A stretch of 64,000 nt of DNA, taken from the NCBI GenBank assembly GCA_036867785.1, contig CP145409.1:1364001-1428000 (forward strand). Direction: 5' to 3'. The notes under the pieces are model-generated. The model was given only the letters and a program-made list of their open reading frames with translations. It ran no database searches and was not told the DNA's origin. Below are positions 1 through 13,765 of the stretch, piece by piece. The stretch comes from Plasmodiophora brassicae. Its lineage: Eukaryota. Position 1 is the first letter of the stretch, and each line of letters starts with the position of its first letter. Made by a program: the position numbers and the translations under genes.

Positions 1-22
1 AGGTCTTAGATCGTGCTACGGG

Positions 23-1866
23 ATGCGGGCACGAAGCAGGCGGAGGAAGGCCCGGCCAGACTCAGGGGGATCGCCTTCGGGTGCTGGGCTGTCGGTCCCG
101 TGCGAGCCCGACAGCGGCTCGACGTCTCCGCTAAGGCTTCTGGAGCGTGCAGCATTGCAGATGGTGGAGGCCGAACAGCCTCAGCGAACGCAAGTACCCG
201 GTAATGACGCGTGTAAAAACGAATCGCGATCGTCGTTGAACCGGGGCAGACTTCGACACGGCCATCGACATACAGCGATGGGTGAGCAATGCCACAGATG
301 TCGTACCGAGCGCAGTGAGTGCGGCAATCGAGTGGTTTACCACCTAGGCAAGCTCGTTAACGTGTGTCTGCGTGTAGAGGAAAGATATCTATCTGCCGAC
401 GGCGTTAAAATCGAGCGCATTCGCAGCCCACGTTGAAGCGTTGCCCGACTGCGGTACATAAGACATGACAACCTTCCTGTTGGTCGCTTACGGATCCCGC
501 CCGGTTCGATTTGTAGACGATGTGCACCAACCACGGTTCCCATTAACCCATGCGGTCCTCGATCCGGACGGATCCGATGTCGCCATCGTCGGCTCCTGCG
601 ACAAGACTAGCCAGACACACGTCGTCGTCGCTGTCAGCACGGAACACAAACGACAACGGCGGCCAGATCCGCTGATTTTCGGCGTCGGACTGTGTCCAGA
701 CGTCCGTCCTACTCACTATAGTGTCCCGCGTTGCGATCGGCTAACGCTCGTCTTGTAGTACGTCCAGGACCTGCACTGGGTGCCGGGTTCGCGTCAGGTG
801 GTCGTCGCCCATAACTTCCAGGCGTCCGTCTTCACCGTGTCCGACAGATTCGCCATCGACTTTCAAAGTAAGGAGTCGGCGCCCGTGATCCAATGGTTCA
901 CCTAAACTTACATGACGCCTTGCAGCGTCTCTGACGTTGGCCCATACGGACGAGATTCGGGAGATGGCGTTCTGCCCGTCGGCGCCCAATCTATTTGCAT
1001 CGGGAGGTTTGCGCCGTTGCCGAAGGTTTGGCAAAGGTACATACTGAACAAGCCTTGAGGATTCGACCGTATTCTTTGCGCCCACGACCTGAACATTGGC
1101 ACTCGTTGCACGACCGCCAGCGTGCGCATCGACGAGATCATCGGATCCGTCAGCTGGGATCGGACCGGTGCGTTTCGGTTGACGCAGCTGCGCGTGCCCT
1201 AAAATGACGATGCCGTTCCGGAAGACGTGCATGGGGTGGCGATAACAACGGATGATGGGCGGTTCATGATGTATGACACCCGGGTCAAGCTACGTCGCCC
1301 CACCATGTGCGTCGATTCGCAGAAAGTGCAATTGTACACGCACACGTGGTGCAACGCCCACGACGTCCTGCTCGGGTTCGGCGATGGCACCATCCAGCAT
1401 ACCGACCTTCGTACGTGCCGCTTGTAGGTCTACGCTGTTCCGCCTGGCGCTCGAAACTAATAGGGGAGCGACTGATCATGTGTTAGCTTGCACGATATCA
1501 GGGACCCACACGTCGCAGCCATTGACAGGCTGGCGGTCCATGGCCAGAGCCGAACGTTGCTCGTTTCGGGATACTCCGAGTACGCCATGCATCTCAGATA
1601 TATGTGTCCCTGCGTTCAGCTGAATTGTCTGGCAGTTACACGTTGTGGACGCTGAATAACATCGATAATCGTATGAGTGCACGGTAGGCTGGCCCTGTAA
1701 TACAAGCGCTGCGTCGTTGTGCTCTGATCCGTCTGGCGTTAGGTCGCGTGGTTCCCTGTCGGCGCGCGACTCTTGCACACGGGCGGTATTCGGCAGGTTG
1801 CCCGGCGATGTCATCTGCACAAACGACCTCGGTTTCATCGGCATCCACCGGCATCCAGCTCCCTGA
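23..1866 (+). CDS. WD40-like repeat protein, paralog 1 (multi-exon; 5' end uncertain)
   Basis: Exons read by eye: ...DPDGSDVAIVGSCDK..HVVVAV, YVQDLHW, HTDEIREMAFCPSAPNLFASG, TTDDGRFMMYDTR, QLYTH..VLLGFGDGTIQHTDLR, ending TNDLGFIGIHRHPAP* (TGA 1864-1866). These align with the paralogs at 2902-4959 and ~11780-13512. Confidence 0.6.
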
Positions 1867-2901
1867 CCTGCGTCACGTACGGCTGCAGTAGGGTGCAACG
1901 AGCGCCGATCCACCTGCTGGATTCTATCGTTAGGTCAAGCGTCAACTTTATTATTATATGTATTGCAATTGATGCTATTGATTGGCCTGTGTCTATTTCC
2001 ACTCGTTTGTGTGCCATTCGACTGCAAATATACGTTGCCCTTGATGTGGTGTCGGCATCGGTTGCCGCCCGTCACCCGAAGCGCCAGACCTCAGCACCAG
2101 GGACTTTCATTAGATCCAAATGCGGTGACGCATTCAGTGAGTCATCATCATCAGTCATCAGGAATAGGTGATCGTCTGATGCGCGCACCGGGCTGTTTCC
2201 GCCTGACCAAGCAGTCGCCGCAGCAGTACTCGCCAATCTGCGAATCCCGTTCGAGCAGACACCCATCGCCATGTGGCATCCAGCCCATGAGACGTGGGCA
2301 ACTTTAAACCCGGTGACAACTCACTAGCGATTGGCGACGTGCTGCCTGCGAGCAGACGGGCGCGAAGGCGTCGCGCACATCAAGCAAGGTGTTAGAAACA
2401 GAACGGGAACGTGCAGTCTCGCAGGTCCAGCACAGGACCTGTTTGTTATACGCCGCCGTGGCTGATTCGTCGATGCAGGGTAGGCCGTTGTGAGGGCCGG
2501 CGACGACCATGCTGTGACGGCATGCGCAGCGCAGTGATCTGGCGCGGCTCCAAACGTTTCTCCGGCCGGCAGTGGGCAGTGGGTGGCAGCCGGCGCACCC
2601 GCAGTACTGCGTTCTCCGTAACTTGCGCATAGTCTAACCCATCACTCTGGTGACGCGGAACAGTCGACGAATTCCGAGCACGGGACGCCGGGGAGCCGTG
2701 AGGGCGGGCCGTACGAGTCGGTCGGTCCGCCCCCCCGTCCTGCAGCGCCAGGTACGGAACAAGAAGTCTGACGAGAAGGCCGTTGACCGGTCCGACGGGG
2801 GTTGCCTCAGCGCTGACGCCGCTGCAAACTCCCGATCCGGGAAGGCACGCGACACCAGTCACGCCCGGTAGGCCACACGTTGTGACCACTGGCCTGGGGC
2901 G

Positions 2902-4959
2902 ATGTCGGACAGCTCGAGGAAGAACAGCTCGAAGACGAGCAGCTCGAAGAAGGACAGCTCCAAGTCGGTGTCAACGCCGACGGTGTCGGGCGACATGGAC
3001 CAGATCCTGGCGGAAACCCTCAGCATGGACGTCGCCGGCCTTCTGTCACCGTCTGGCGCACCGGCACCCAGCATGGTCCTGCCCGACTCGGAATGGCTGA
3101 ACACCGTCGATGTCAGCAGCATCCAGGATCGCCTGACGTCGTCGCTGTACGACCCGTTTACGCCAAATCCGAACCCGTTCCTACTCGAGGTCGACGGGGT
3201 CGCAAATGACACCACGAATAGCTTGTCGTACTTCGACCCCATCGAATCAGCCGAACTGCCGACGTTCTCATCGCCTCTGCTTCAATCTCGTCCTCGTTCG
3301 TATCTGGTCATAATGTGCAGGCGCTAGGGACTGACCATGCGCGTCGCAGCACCGGTCGACGAACCGCCCGTCGGTATTCGCAACTGGAGCAACGATGCAG
3401 CGGACGCCAAGGGCTACACCGTAATCTTGTCCCCATACAGCACAGCGACGGGTTTCCAATGTCGTGTTGTTTTCAGGATGGCCATGACTGTAACCTGCTG
3501 ACGATGCTGCAAGCCAGCCGGTTCTCCGACTTTGCCAAGTCCCTGTCTACAGGTTGTGACCATTTCCGTGATCGTGGGTCGACGCTTAACCGGAGTGCAA
3601 CGATGCCAGGGCCCGCTCGTAATGCGAGCGCTTCCATCTGCAAGGCGTCTCGCGATCCAGACAATTCCGACATGGTCATCCTGGGAACCAGTGAACGCCT
3701 AGCGACCAGCCACGTCGTCATGGCGGTCAACGCCGGCCTGCTGCTGTCCACGAGCGACCCGGATGCGGACGCGCTCATCCAGTCGGTGGACTCGTGCCCC
3801 GCGGTGAGAACGGAACACTGGGAACCCTCCCCTGCGCCCCTCGACTGACGGTGCATTGGTTTGCCACATAGCACGTCCGGGAACTTCACTGGATCTCCTC
3901 TGGCCGCGTCATCGTCGCTCACGACAGCAGCGCCTCCGTGTACCAGGTGTCGAATAGGTTTGAGCTTCGGAAGCAATGTATATTGTCGTTGCACGGGAAT
4001 CGCATCCTCGTGCTGACGGCGTCTGACATAGCAACGTTGATCTGGGCGCACACCGATGAGATCAGGGAGCTGGCATTCAACCCGTCCGATGTATCGAAGT
4101 TTGCAGCCGGAGGTACCTGCTGCGATTGTGGACCAGCGCTGCGTGTCCCCTAACGCGCACTGGCAGGGTTCGACCAGATCCTGAGCCTGAACGACCTCGG
4201 TGCAGGGACAAAGTGCACAGTGACCGCCGTCCGCCTGGACGAAGTGATCGGATCCGTTGGCTGGCCCGAGTTCGGTACGGTCGTCGCCTGCGTGCGCGTC
4301 ATCGTGTAACGTTTCACCGTCCAGATTTGCACTCGGTAACGGCGACAACCGACGACGGGAGGTTCTTCCAGTTCGACAACCGAACAAGCATGCGGAAGGC
4401 ATCATTGTTCATAGACGCCCAGAAACTGCAACTCTACACCCACTCCCTCTATCTACCAAACCTGGTCCTGCTCGGGTTCGGGGACGGCGAAATCATGCAG
4501 GTCGACACGCGAATGATGTCATTGTAAGCCGCGGGTCATGGTTGGTCGTGTCCTGCGTGCCGGCTGACAGTGCTCGCAGCGTAACCGGCACTCGTGATCC
4601 GTTCGTCGAATCGATTGGGGACATTACCCCGCATTCCTCGGGGCGGACGCTCCTGGTCACAGGAGAATCTGAGTGGGTGATGCACGATGCAGCGTTGACG
4701 AACCGTGCCTAATGTGTTGTACGCAGCGTTTCCCTGTGGTCTGTGGATGTATCAGGCGCAGACGCTCGCATTTGGTAAGCCTCTATCTATCTGACTCTGC
4801 TGTCGCAAGCGTTGGCGTCTGAGCTGCGTCAGGTCGCACTGTAATATGACTAAGGGCGATGCGATGTACACAAACGCGATATTCGGTAGCCGACACGACA
4901 TAGTTATCAAGACCGACCAGCTCGGATACCTCGGTGTTTACCAACACGACCTTATATGA
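2902..4959 (+). CDS. WD40-like repeat protein, paralog 2 (multi-exon)
   Basis: Ser-rich N-terminal exon, then HVVMAVNAGLLL, HVRELHW, AHTDEIRELAFNPSDVSKFAAG, TTDDGRFFQFDNR, VLLGFGDGEIMQVDTR, DPFVESIGDI; last exon ends KTDQLGYLGVYQHDLI*. GT-AG introns of ~50-70 nt. Confidence 0.65.
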
Positions 4960-5060
4960 GAAAATAATGCGATATTCTAGTCCTTTGTCATTGACGACTG
5001 TGATATCGGTTGGCTCCAACGATGGCCGCTACTGTCATGTACTGCTATTCGAACGAGAAA

Positions 5061-7082
5061 CTAAGACGCGTGAATTTGTAGGTGGACGAAGGTTCCTCCT
5101 GCGCTGGCGTTCACCGACAGCTCTAGGATGTCGAACGGGCGCATTTGGTAGTGCGCTGAGCTGGGCATTACCGTTATCTGGTATCCTTTGGGATAATGCC
5201 ACTTCGATGCCACGTAAACAAGCGTGGGCGCCTGGATATCGGGGCTGGCTATGTACTGGAGAACGAACGACGAGTCGGCAGAGTTGAACTGGTTGACGAT
5301 GGTGCTGCCAGCAACGGCCTGCGCATACGTCCTGCTCAGGGCGCGCACGTTCTCGACAATAATGGTGCCATTGGCCATCATGACGCCCGAATCGCATCCA
5401 GTGCAAGTACCACCGGCGTCGGCGCCGCCGAACTCCTTAAAATCCCACGCGGCCCCTGCTCACATGATCGCTAAACGTCTGAAGTAGCAACACCCAAACA
5501 TGCCAGCAACTGACAGGACAGTAAATGCCGATCCATGAGGTCTACGCAGAACGGTCAGTCTGCAATAGCAGGTGGGTGGTCGACTCCAAGGACACATACC
5601 GGCAACTGGGGCCATCATTGGGTTCAGCCCCACCTCCGTAACGAATGCTGGCTGAAAATCCAGGTCGATGCTCAGTACCGTTCTGTAGGTTCCCCGGCTA
5701 CACCATACTGTTTGCAGTGATTGTGCAGTCTCCATTTGCCACTGGAAGTAATCGCCCATGTCGCCTACGTTCGGCGGATCGTCTGAGGCGAACAAAGTCA
5801 GACAGGCGACATCGTCGAGCTGAAAGGAGTTTACAGTAATGGAAAGCAAGGACCGAGGTGCCAACGTGGTCGTTGCCCCCGGGCACGCGACTGAACGCGC
5901 TGCCACCCAACGGTTTGGCGACAGTGTCCGCCCAGGTTGTAGTTGAAAACATGATGACCCGCGAGGGATCCGCAGCTCGAATCGAGCCGGCGGCAAGATC
6001 GTAGAGAGGTTCGAGGTTTGCTCTCGTGGCAGCCCCTGAGTTCGTTTGTGAGCCGCGATTCGGCCTCGTTTCCGTTTCTGTACAGTTACCCGGGAACAAC
6101 AACATTGGGAAGCGGAAAACATCGCCCTGGACACACTCGCATTAAGCGCAGGTCGCAGACGTCGCCAGCGAGCGAACACTGACGGCGAAGGGTTCGTTGA
6201 ACAGCTCGACGCCAATCACAGCGTCGTTACCCTTGTACAGCGCCGCCACCCGGCCCCAGTATTTGGCGAATGCATCAGCCCGGCCATCGACATTGTCGTA
6301 GAGGGCTTGATAGCCAGCCGCTGCTGCGTACGTGAACTGATAGTAGGGCCAAAAGTGCTTGCCGCAGTCGTCGGGACTAGGAACCCCATTGGCGTCAACA
6401 GGGAACGCCTCGGCCTGCAACGGCATCGGAAAATCTGTGGACGTATCGGCCGCCCATAACGGGACGCCCTCGCCGCAATACTTCTCGCTGAGGACGTCCT
6501 GCACCGCCACCAGGAGGCGTGGTCAGCACCATCATATTCACAGTGTACCGTAACGCGTCGGACCTGATGGAAATCGACGATGCTATGAATGCCATAGCTT
6601 ACGGCGCGATTGACGATGTTGAGGGCAACCTGCAGGTAGGTTTCGTTGTAGACGCCCCTGGTCGGCTCGATGCCAGGCCACATAACGCCAAGTCGAATGG
6701 CGTTGATCTGTCGTAGTGGCACGCCGCGATCAAATCATCGGCGACAGAACGGGATGGACCCCACTGACCCCAAGATCACGAAGCAGGCTAAAGTCCTGGT
6801 CGACGAGGCTCCTCTGCGGATCAAACCTTGCGGCAGTGAGAACCAGCAGCGTGGATACGCACGCGCCAGCACGACGTACTGGTCGGTCCGCGGGATGTAC
6901 GGCCTCGACTTGTACACCGCGTTGACCCCATGAAAGAATCGCTCCCTGCCGGCGTCATCGACGAGCCGCCGGTTGCTGCCGACCAGGATCCGATCCGCCC
7001 AACCGCAGCCTACCAGCAGCAGCAGGTCAACAACGGCAGCTAGGATGAGGACCTGCCGCCACATGACGGGTGATGAGCTCAT
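5061..7082 (-). CDS. Endoglycoceramidase-like glycoside hydrolase family 5, secreted (multi-exon)
   Basis: Signal peptide (MWRQVLILAAVVDLLLLVGCGWA), RERFFHGVNAVYK, NAIRLGVMWPGIEP..G.YNETYL, DFHQD, GEGVP.WA, acid/base motif ELFNEP, and a C-terminal LSRTYAQAVAG beta-sandwich domain. Confidence 0.85.
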
Positions 7083-7370
7083 TGGCCGCCGCCGCCGCCG
7101 CTGTCAAAATGACAGGCGGGTCACGGGAACGTCACGCCCAACGCGTGTCTGGACACTTTTGCGGGCCGCCGCCTTGCGCCATTTGCCGCGCGAACCTACT
7201 GGGCCGCTGACGAGCGGCGACCCTAGCGGCGACTGCGACACAATGCACCTCGGAGGGACACCCACGAAACCCCCGGGTCGTCGGGATTCACGGTGCCGCT
7301 ATTGACGTCCCGGGTCCGATGATAGGGTCGATCGAGGAGTATCATATTGAAGAAAGGAGGGGGCGCTATA

Positions 7371-8447
7371 ATGTTCGCGGCGACGAGGGGTCGCCTGCCG
7401 GACGCGATCGTCCTGCATCAGCATGCCGACATCGGGCCGCAGCCGGTGATCACCGTTGGGGGAATCACGTATGTTCTTGACCGCGAAGTACCCGCCGGCG
7501 ACACCGACTTTGCCGCGATCAAGGCCAGGCGGCAGGCGCGCCTCGGCCCCTTAATCCGGGTCTCAGAGAACCGGTTGTCGAGCCCTCCCGCTCGCGACCC
7601 CGGATCGTTCGACTGCATAACGTCGGCCGCGTTACGTCACAAACTTCAAGCGCGATACAAGGAGAGACGCGGTGACGTCAGGGACGCCCAGCATCATCCG
7701 TCTGCGCTGCCGCGTCCTGCCGGCAACGTGCTGCTGCAGGAGCGTGGACAGCCATATGACGGCCCGATCGTGCAGAACGGGCTCGTTTGCAACCGCACAA
7801 ACGTTCCCGGTGTGGGACAGACCATCGAAGACGTGCAGCAATCGATGCCCTTCGTTGGCGATGGACGCTCTCGCGCTTCTCCTGGGCGGCAGGTGGACAT
7901 GGCGACGGTTGTCCGGTCGATTGTTCGACTACAGAGATCGTTCAAGGAGCGTCAGGAGCGCCGGATGCGGCGGGTTTCGAGTATCGTTGCCGTAGAGCGG
8001 ACGGGGAGCATGAACGAACTGGACAGCAAGCTGGCCGAAGATCGCGTCAAGCAAAAGGCTCATCTGGCACGTGTCGTGCAATGCGTTCTGCGAATCCAGC
8101 GCGCGTTCCGTCGCATCCGCCAGAGACGTCGGGCTCTAATCTTGCAACGCCTGAAAACGTGCCGGGCGGACGTTGACGACGACATCAAGAAGCGTATGCT
8201 GAGGCGTACCAGGACAGCTCCTCCTGCACTGGAACCAGCATTCGGCCATGGAAGAGAGCAAGCAGCTAGAACCATACAGATGTGGTTTCGGAAGCAACGG
8301 GAGTATCGCCTGAAGCGGCTGGCCGCGATCCTGCTGGACAGGCGAACCAGAGGCGACAACGACCTTGCTCGTAAATTGCAGTCATCCAGGAAGTCTGATT
8401 CCAAGTCGTCAAGGTCCACCTCGGTGTCGCACTCCAATGATGAATAA
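7371..8447 (+). CDS. IQ-motif (calmodulin-binding) protein
   Basis: Long ORF with three IQ-like motifs: IVRLQRSFKERQERR, VLRIQRAFRRIRQRR, ARTIQMWFRKQREYR. Confidence 0.65.
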   Translation: MFAATRGRLPDAIVLHQHADIGPQPVITVGGITYVLDREVPAGDTDFAAIKARRQARLGPLIRVSENRLSSPPARDPGSFDCITSAALRHKLQARYKERRGDVRDAQHHPSALPRPAGNVLLQERGQPYDGPIVQNGLVCNRTNVPGVGQTIEDVQQSMPFVGDGRSRASPGRQVDMATVVRSIVRLQRSFKERQERRMRRVSSIVAVERTGSMNELDSKLAEDRVKQKAHLARVVQCVLRIQRAFRRIRQRRRALILQRLKTCRADVDDDIKKRMLRRTRTAPPALEPAFGHGREQAARTIQMWFRKQREYRLKRLAAILLDRRTRGDNDLARKLQSSRKSDSKSSRSTSVSHSNDE

Positions 8448-8509
8448 ACGGAGCATGTTCGGGTTGGTACTTATCCGTACGTTAATGTTGGATCGAAGTA
8501 CGACGTGCG

Positions 8510-9241
8510 ATGAGGGACGTCGTCAACCGGTTGCCATGGAGACGAGCAACACGACGACTGTTTCGAGCTGTGCACGCGGGCGACCCTGACACCGCAATCG
8601 CAGTCCTGAAGAGTGGCAAGTTCCCGGTCAACCGCAAGGTAATGGCCGTTCGCCGGCGATTTGGTCTGGCAGAACATGGTGACCCACAGTGCGTTCGCGG
8701 ACGGGTACAGATGAACGGGTCGTCGTTATTGCATGTCGCCTCCCTGGTTGGCAGCGTGCAAGTCGTCCAAGCGCTGGTTGACCGCCAAGCTGATATCAAT
8801 GTCCTCGACGCGGTCTGCTCCGACGTCCCTGTCAACGAATCGGCGCTTCCAGACTACTGACGCAGTCGGTGAATGCATAGGAGAGCCGCACGCCATTGTA
8901 TATAGCAAGCCTTGGCGGCCACATGGACATCGTATTGCTGCTGGTCGCGTCTGGCGCCGACGTCTCCACTAGGACGAAGGTTACGTGTCATCCAGCGTGT
9001 GCGTCACAAGTTGTTGACATCTGCGGGACAGACGGGCAATACGCCCATGATCGGCGCCTGCTGGCGCGGTCACCTCCAAATCGCACACGTCCTGGTCGCG
9101 AATGGTGCATCAGCGAACGACCGCAACGTCGATGGCGACACGGCCCTCGACCTGGCCCGGGAATGGTCGCACGGTCATGTAGTAGCCTACTTGGAGGGTT
9201 TGCTACAACAGGGCACCACGATTAGAAACGACCCGGAATAA
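8510..9241 (+). CDS. Small ankyrin-repeat protein (3 exons)
   Basis: Ankyrin motifs GSSLLHVASLVG..ADIN, PLYIASLGGH..IV.LL, GNTPMIGACWRGHLQIAHVLV..GA and DGDTALDLA, joined across two short introns. Confidence 0.8.
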
Positions 9242-11779
9242 AACGGGCAAACCATACATCATGGTTTGGTGCTTTGCCCAGTGCATGGAAACCTGGTTCG
9301 GAATGAGCAACGCCTCGACGCTTTGTACGTTCCGAGTGATCAGGACCCCACATTGAGCAGGGCATGTGGGTAATTATTGCTGCCGACCAGCCTGCTGCGG
9401 CGACCCATCGACCGTGCGGTGGCTCGTGCTTTTCGGATAGAAGACGAGGTACAAGGTCCGGAAATGAGTGGCTGTCGAGGCCCGACGGCCCATATAGCGC
9501 AGTGATGATGCTGACGCAATGTCCAAGGCCGTCGGCGCGCTCGCACCCGGCATGGATCGGACCAAGAAAGTTCGTAATGACGAGCACCAGACGGGACTGT
9601 GTTCTCGATCACATAATTGGCGAATCGGGACCGGACGGCGATCCTCGGCTTCGTCGACTGAGCACGAGGACACCAGCCACAATGGCAGTTTCAGTGAGCA
9701 GCACTCGGCAGACGCAGCAATAAGAACGGGGAGGACACGACGGGCAGGGAAACTTGATTCGCAACGATGCACTGAAGCCGAAGGTGATGTCGCGCTGAAA
9801 CGGTTCCGAAGCCTGGCCGCTAAACGAAGCAGACGGCAAGCTTGTTGAATAACTCGAGCGACTGGATGAAAAGACGACGTCGAAGCCGAACGCACCACTC
9901 GTCGCCAAACGAAGATCATAATTTCCTGAAAGGTGACGTAGAATGTAACGAGGCAACTAGCTCAGCTTTTTCTTTGGCGGCAGAGAGAATGAGACGAGGT
10001 CCTGACTGCAAGTATGGATCACGACGGAGCATGACTCTTACGAAGCCGATGGAACGTAAGCACAACGCGACCCAGGAACCGGACAAGTGACCACATGCAG
10101 GAGTATGGCACCTGGAGAAAGCTGGGACGTCAAGATCTTGTCAAGTCCTCCAAATCGGTCTAGGCACGGCATTGCGAAACACTTCAGTAAGAGGCGGGGA
10201 TACCCCAGGAGCAGAACCCGCGAGTGCCACACACATTACTGGTTGTCGCTCGTCATCCCGGCAACAAAGACCGCGAAAATGAGTCGACCACAGAGGTTGG
10301 CACGTTGTATGAGCTGGATTCGTGGAAGCCAGGTATTTGGCATGCAAAGTGGCCTCTGCGCGATGAGGGTTCTTGTGATGATTTTCCAAATCGACAGCAT
10401 GCGATTTTCCTTGCCAAGTTGAATTGACATTGGCACGGAGGTGCACCAAAGATTGGTTGAGGTCGCAGATGCGGTTTCATTCACGATTGATACATGGAGG
10501 AGCTTCCAAACAGGGTATTAGCTCGCAACAGTGTGAGAGAAACAACATATGGTGCGGTTGGTTTAACGATGCAGAAGGCACTCAAAGTGGGAGCCGAAAG
10601 GAATCAACCATGTGCCAACAGATTGGCATGAAAAAGCAGAGCCAGAGCGCAGTGCTCGATGGTTCGGCATATCAAATCAGCACAGTTCAACTATTTCAAA
10701 GAGAGGACAGCCAGGAGGAAGCTGATTATCGCACAAAGGCAAACGATAACGATCAAGTGAGATGACGCAAGTTAACGTGTCGACCACTGGGGTTGTTTGT
10801 GACATCCCAGGAGAGGAAACAGGGTGTGAATTTGCCTCAGTTTCAGGCAGGATTGTCCGGCAGCAGGGCCCTCGCTTGATATTCGGCTTCCAGCCCAGGT
10901 CGTGAGTCAAGACAGAAGGAAATCCAAGAGTGTGGGACACTGGAAGACGTCAGGCGTCACACCTGAGGACAACCGTGTTTACACATCAAAGCGAAGCTTT
11001 AAGATGCATGCGCGCGTGTTGGTCCTGTTTCATGGCAGTTCGGTTCGAATACAAGAGCCGGCAGCTGCGGACCTGGGGCACATGCGCAGCGTATCCAAAT
11101 GTGTCAACGGCCACCGCCGTGGACGATTGCGCGATACCTGTGCGGAGTGGCGCAACCGGCGTTACTGGCGAGCAGCCACGTTGCCACCGGTAACGGAATG
11201 CGCCTTCCGATATTGAGGACCTGGCCGCAGCAACGATACAGCCTCTACACTGGGAGACTGTCAATCGGCGACCTTGGGCTTCACCGGGGACAAGTAGCAT
11301 CAAGCCCTTGTGCTGTGTAAACGGCAATATGAATTGTGCCGGACGTAAGAATGAGAGGTCGCGACGGATTGCGAAATCGTCGCAGCTGAAAGGAAGGTTC
11401 AAAATGAGGACTTGGCCGCAAACGCCCTGACAAGTAAGTACTGATGTTCGGAGCCAGTTCGGGGTCGCGTCTGCTGGGAAGTAGTCAAATACGTCGTTAT
11501 CGCAGTCGCCTAGAAGGATTCTGCCAGGAAAAAACGGATTGACTAGCCCAGCACACTGTGACTCGTCCCGAGCCTGACGACTTGGCCGAGAGGTCGCCCT
11601 TGCCACGCCGCAGACCTTTTGACAACAAACGTGGCGACCGTCCTTCCAGCCACAACACCAATTCGACATTGCAGTGCAAGGACACACGTCGTCCTGCTCG
11701 CTTCCATATACGTTTCCGTATCGCAATTGTTCACAGTAACGTGTTCGTAAACCTTGAACGCTCATCAAGCCGGACTACA

Positions 11780-13512
11780 CGGCGGCCTGCACCTAACGTC
11801 CCGCATGTTCCCGTTGTCGGGCAAGACCGGGATAGTGGACTGGAGGGCGGACGCGGAAGCTGCTCAAGGATACGTTGTAAGGGCCAAGTTTCGCTTCCGC
11901 GACCGCGTGCGGACTCGCTCATCCTTCATGTATCCTCTATTCATAGGATTACCGCCGATGCGATCTGATGAGCATGCTCGGGAGCAGCCGCTTCTCCATG
12001 ATGTCCACAGGATTGCCGACCATCGGTAGGTTAGAGGGAACGCACCCTTCAAATTCCGCCGTTGACCCGTTTGCGTAGTCGACGACAATGAGCTGATGTT
12101 ACCGTTGACGGCACCAGCACCAGACCCTTTCGGGGGCGACATCGTCGTCGTCGGAACGTCAAATAGGACGGCGTCAAAGAATATAATATTGGCCGTTAAT
12201 GCCGGCCTGCTTTTGAAAGAACGTGATCCAACCCCAGACGAATTTGTGGTTGCGGTCGCGCCTTGCCATGAGGTCAATAACGACAATGTGCTGTAAAGGA
12301 AACCGTGCATGCTGATATCACGCGTTCTTTGCAGTATGTACAGTCGGTGCACTGGGTGGAGAATAACGCCCTTCTGGCTGTTCATAACTCCACCGCCACG
12401 GTCTTTGGCATTGACAACCGGTACTGCATCAATGGGCACTGTAAGAGAGCGCGTGAAATATTTGGTACGATGCGCCTGCATGTGTTGACAAGACATCAGA
12501 TTCGTTAACTTGGCCTCATACGGATGAAATTCGGGACGTTTCCTTCAGCTCTATGTACAGAGGAGTGTTTGCTGCTGGAGGTCAGTGCCCATGGCCCCAG
12601 GGCATTCGTAATTCAAGGCTTTTGCTGTAACAGGCGACTAACCGGCCTGTGGAACGCATGGGTTCAGGATTTGATAACATCCTGAGCCTGAACGACTTGG
12701 ATTCGGGGACAGCGTGCACTTGCGAAGCTGTGCGATGCGATGGCGTGATCAGCTCTGTCAGATGGCACCCGTCAGGTGAGTGCCGCTTTCAAATCAACTG
12801 GTTTCCTGCGCAACGAAAAAGTTACCCTGACGGCGTCCTTTCAGATGCACATTGCCTGTGCGCAACACTTGACGATGGTCGGTTTCTTCAGTTCGACACC
12901 AGGACCGGGATGCAGGTCCCGGTCCTCGTTCTGGACACTCAAACGCTCGCTCTGAATTGCCATGCACTTTATTGCGTCACGAACATCCTGTTCGGATACG
13001 GCGACGGGAGCATCGTCCAGTACGACGCGAGAACAGGGAAATGGTCCGTCCAGAGCGCTGATTTCGCGTAACGCCTCTCAAATCATACAGTGTGGACGCC
13101 GTAAAAGACCCATTCGTCTCGGAAATCGGGGACATAAAATTCGGCAGAGGCGACAGGGAGTTCGTCGTGTGCGGTGAATCCGGGTATGTTATATATCGTG
13201 CCTCCAGCAATATCGTTTGTTCCGATTCATAATCTGACCAGATTGCAATATGTGCAGATCATCCCTGTGGTTCAGGACAAATTCGACTGCTCAGCTATGG
13301 TACGTGCGTACCTCATGGGTTGCCCCGCCCTTGGAGACGATCAATGTGCCTTCGAATTTGCCAGGTCACACACGAGGAGTGCAAGAAATAGGCCCAGCGG
13401 GACCCGGGACTCCTGCGCGAGTTCGGCCGTGTTCTGGGGCGTGCGCGACACAGCGCTGCAGACGGACGACACCGGCATCATCGGGGTGCACCGGTTCAGA
13501 CCGATCCTATAA
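11780..13512 (+). CDS. WD40-like repeat protein, paralog 3 (multi-exon; 5' end uncertain)
   Basis: Exons GIVDWRADAEAAQG, CDLMSMLGSSRFS, NIILAVNAGLLLKERDP, YVQSVHW, GFDNILSLNDL, TLDDGRFLQFDTR, ILFGYGDGSIVQYDAR, DPFVSEIGDI, ending QTDDTGIIGVHRFRPIL*. Colinear with paralog 2. Confidence 0.65.
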
Positions 13513-13765
13513 CCAGCACTGCATATAAGTTAAAAGCTGTAGTGTGTCACCAGTATCACGGCGACTAGGTACCCGGACGCGTTGCCGAGCGGCTGATGCT
13601 CCAGCGGAGACACCCATGCACGATCTTCAGCGATCGGCCAGGGACCGGATCGCGATCGGTGACAGAGTGCCGAACGGAGTTGAGCGCGGGCGGGCCCCCT
13701 TTTTCTGATAGAACCCTCCTGCGACAACTGAATCGGATCGGGACAACGTCACACGAGCCCGCAAC

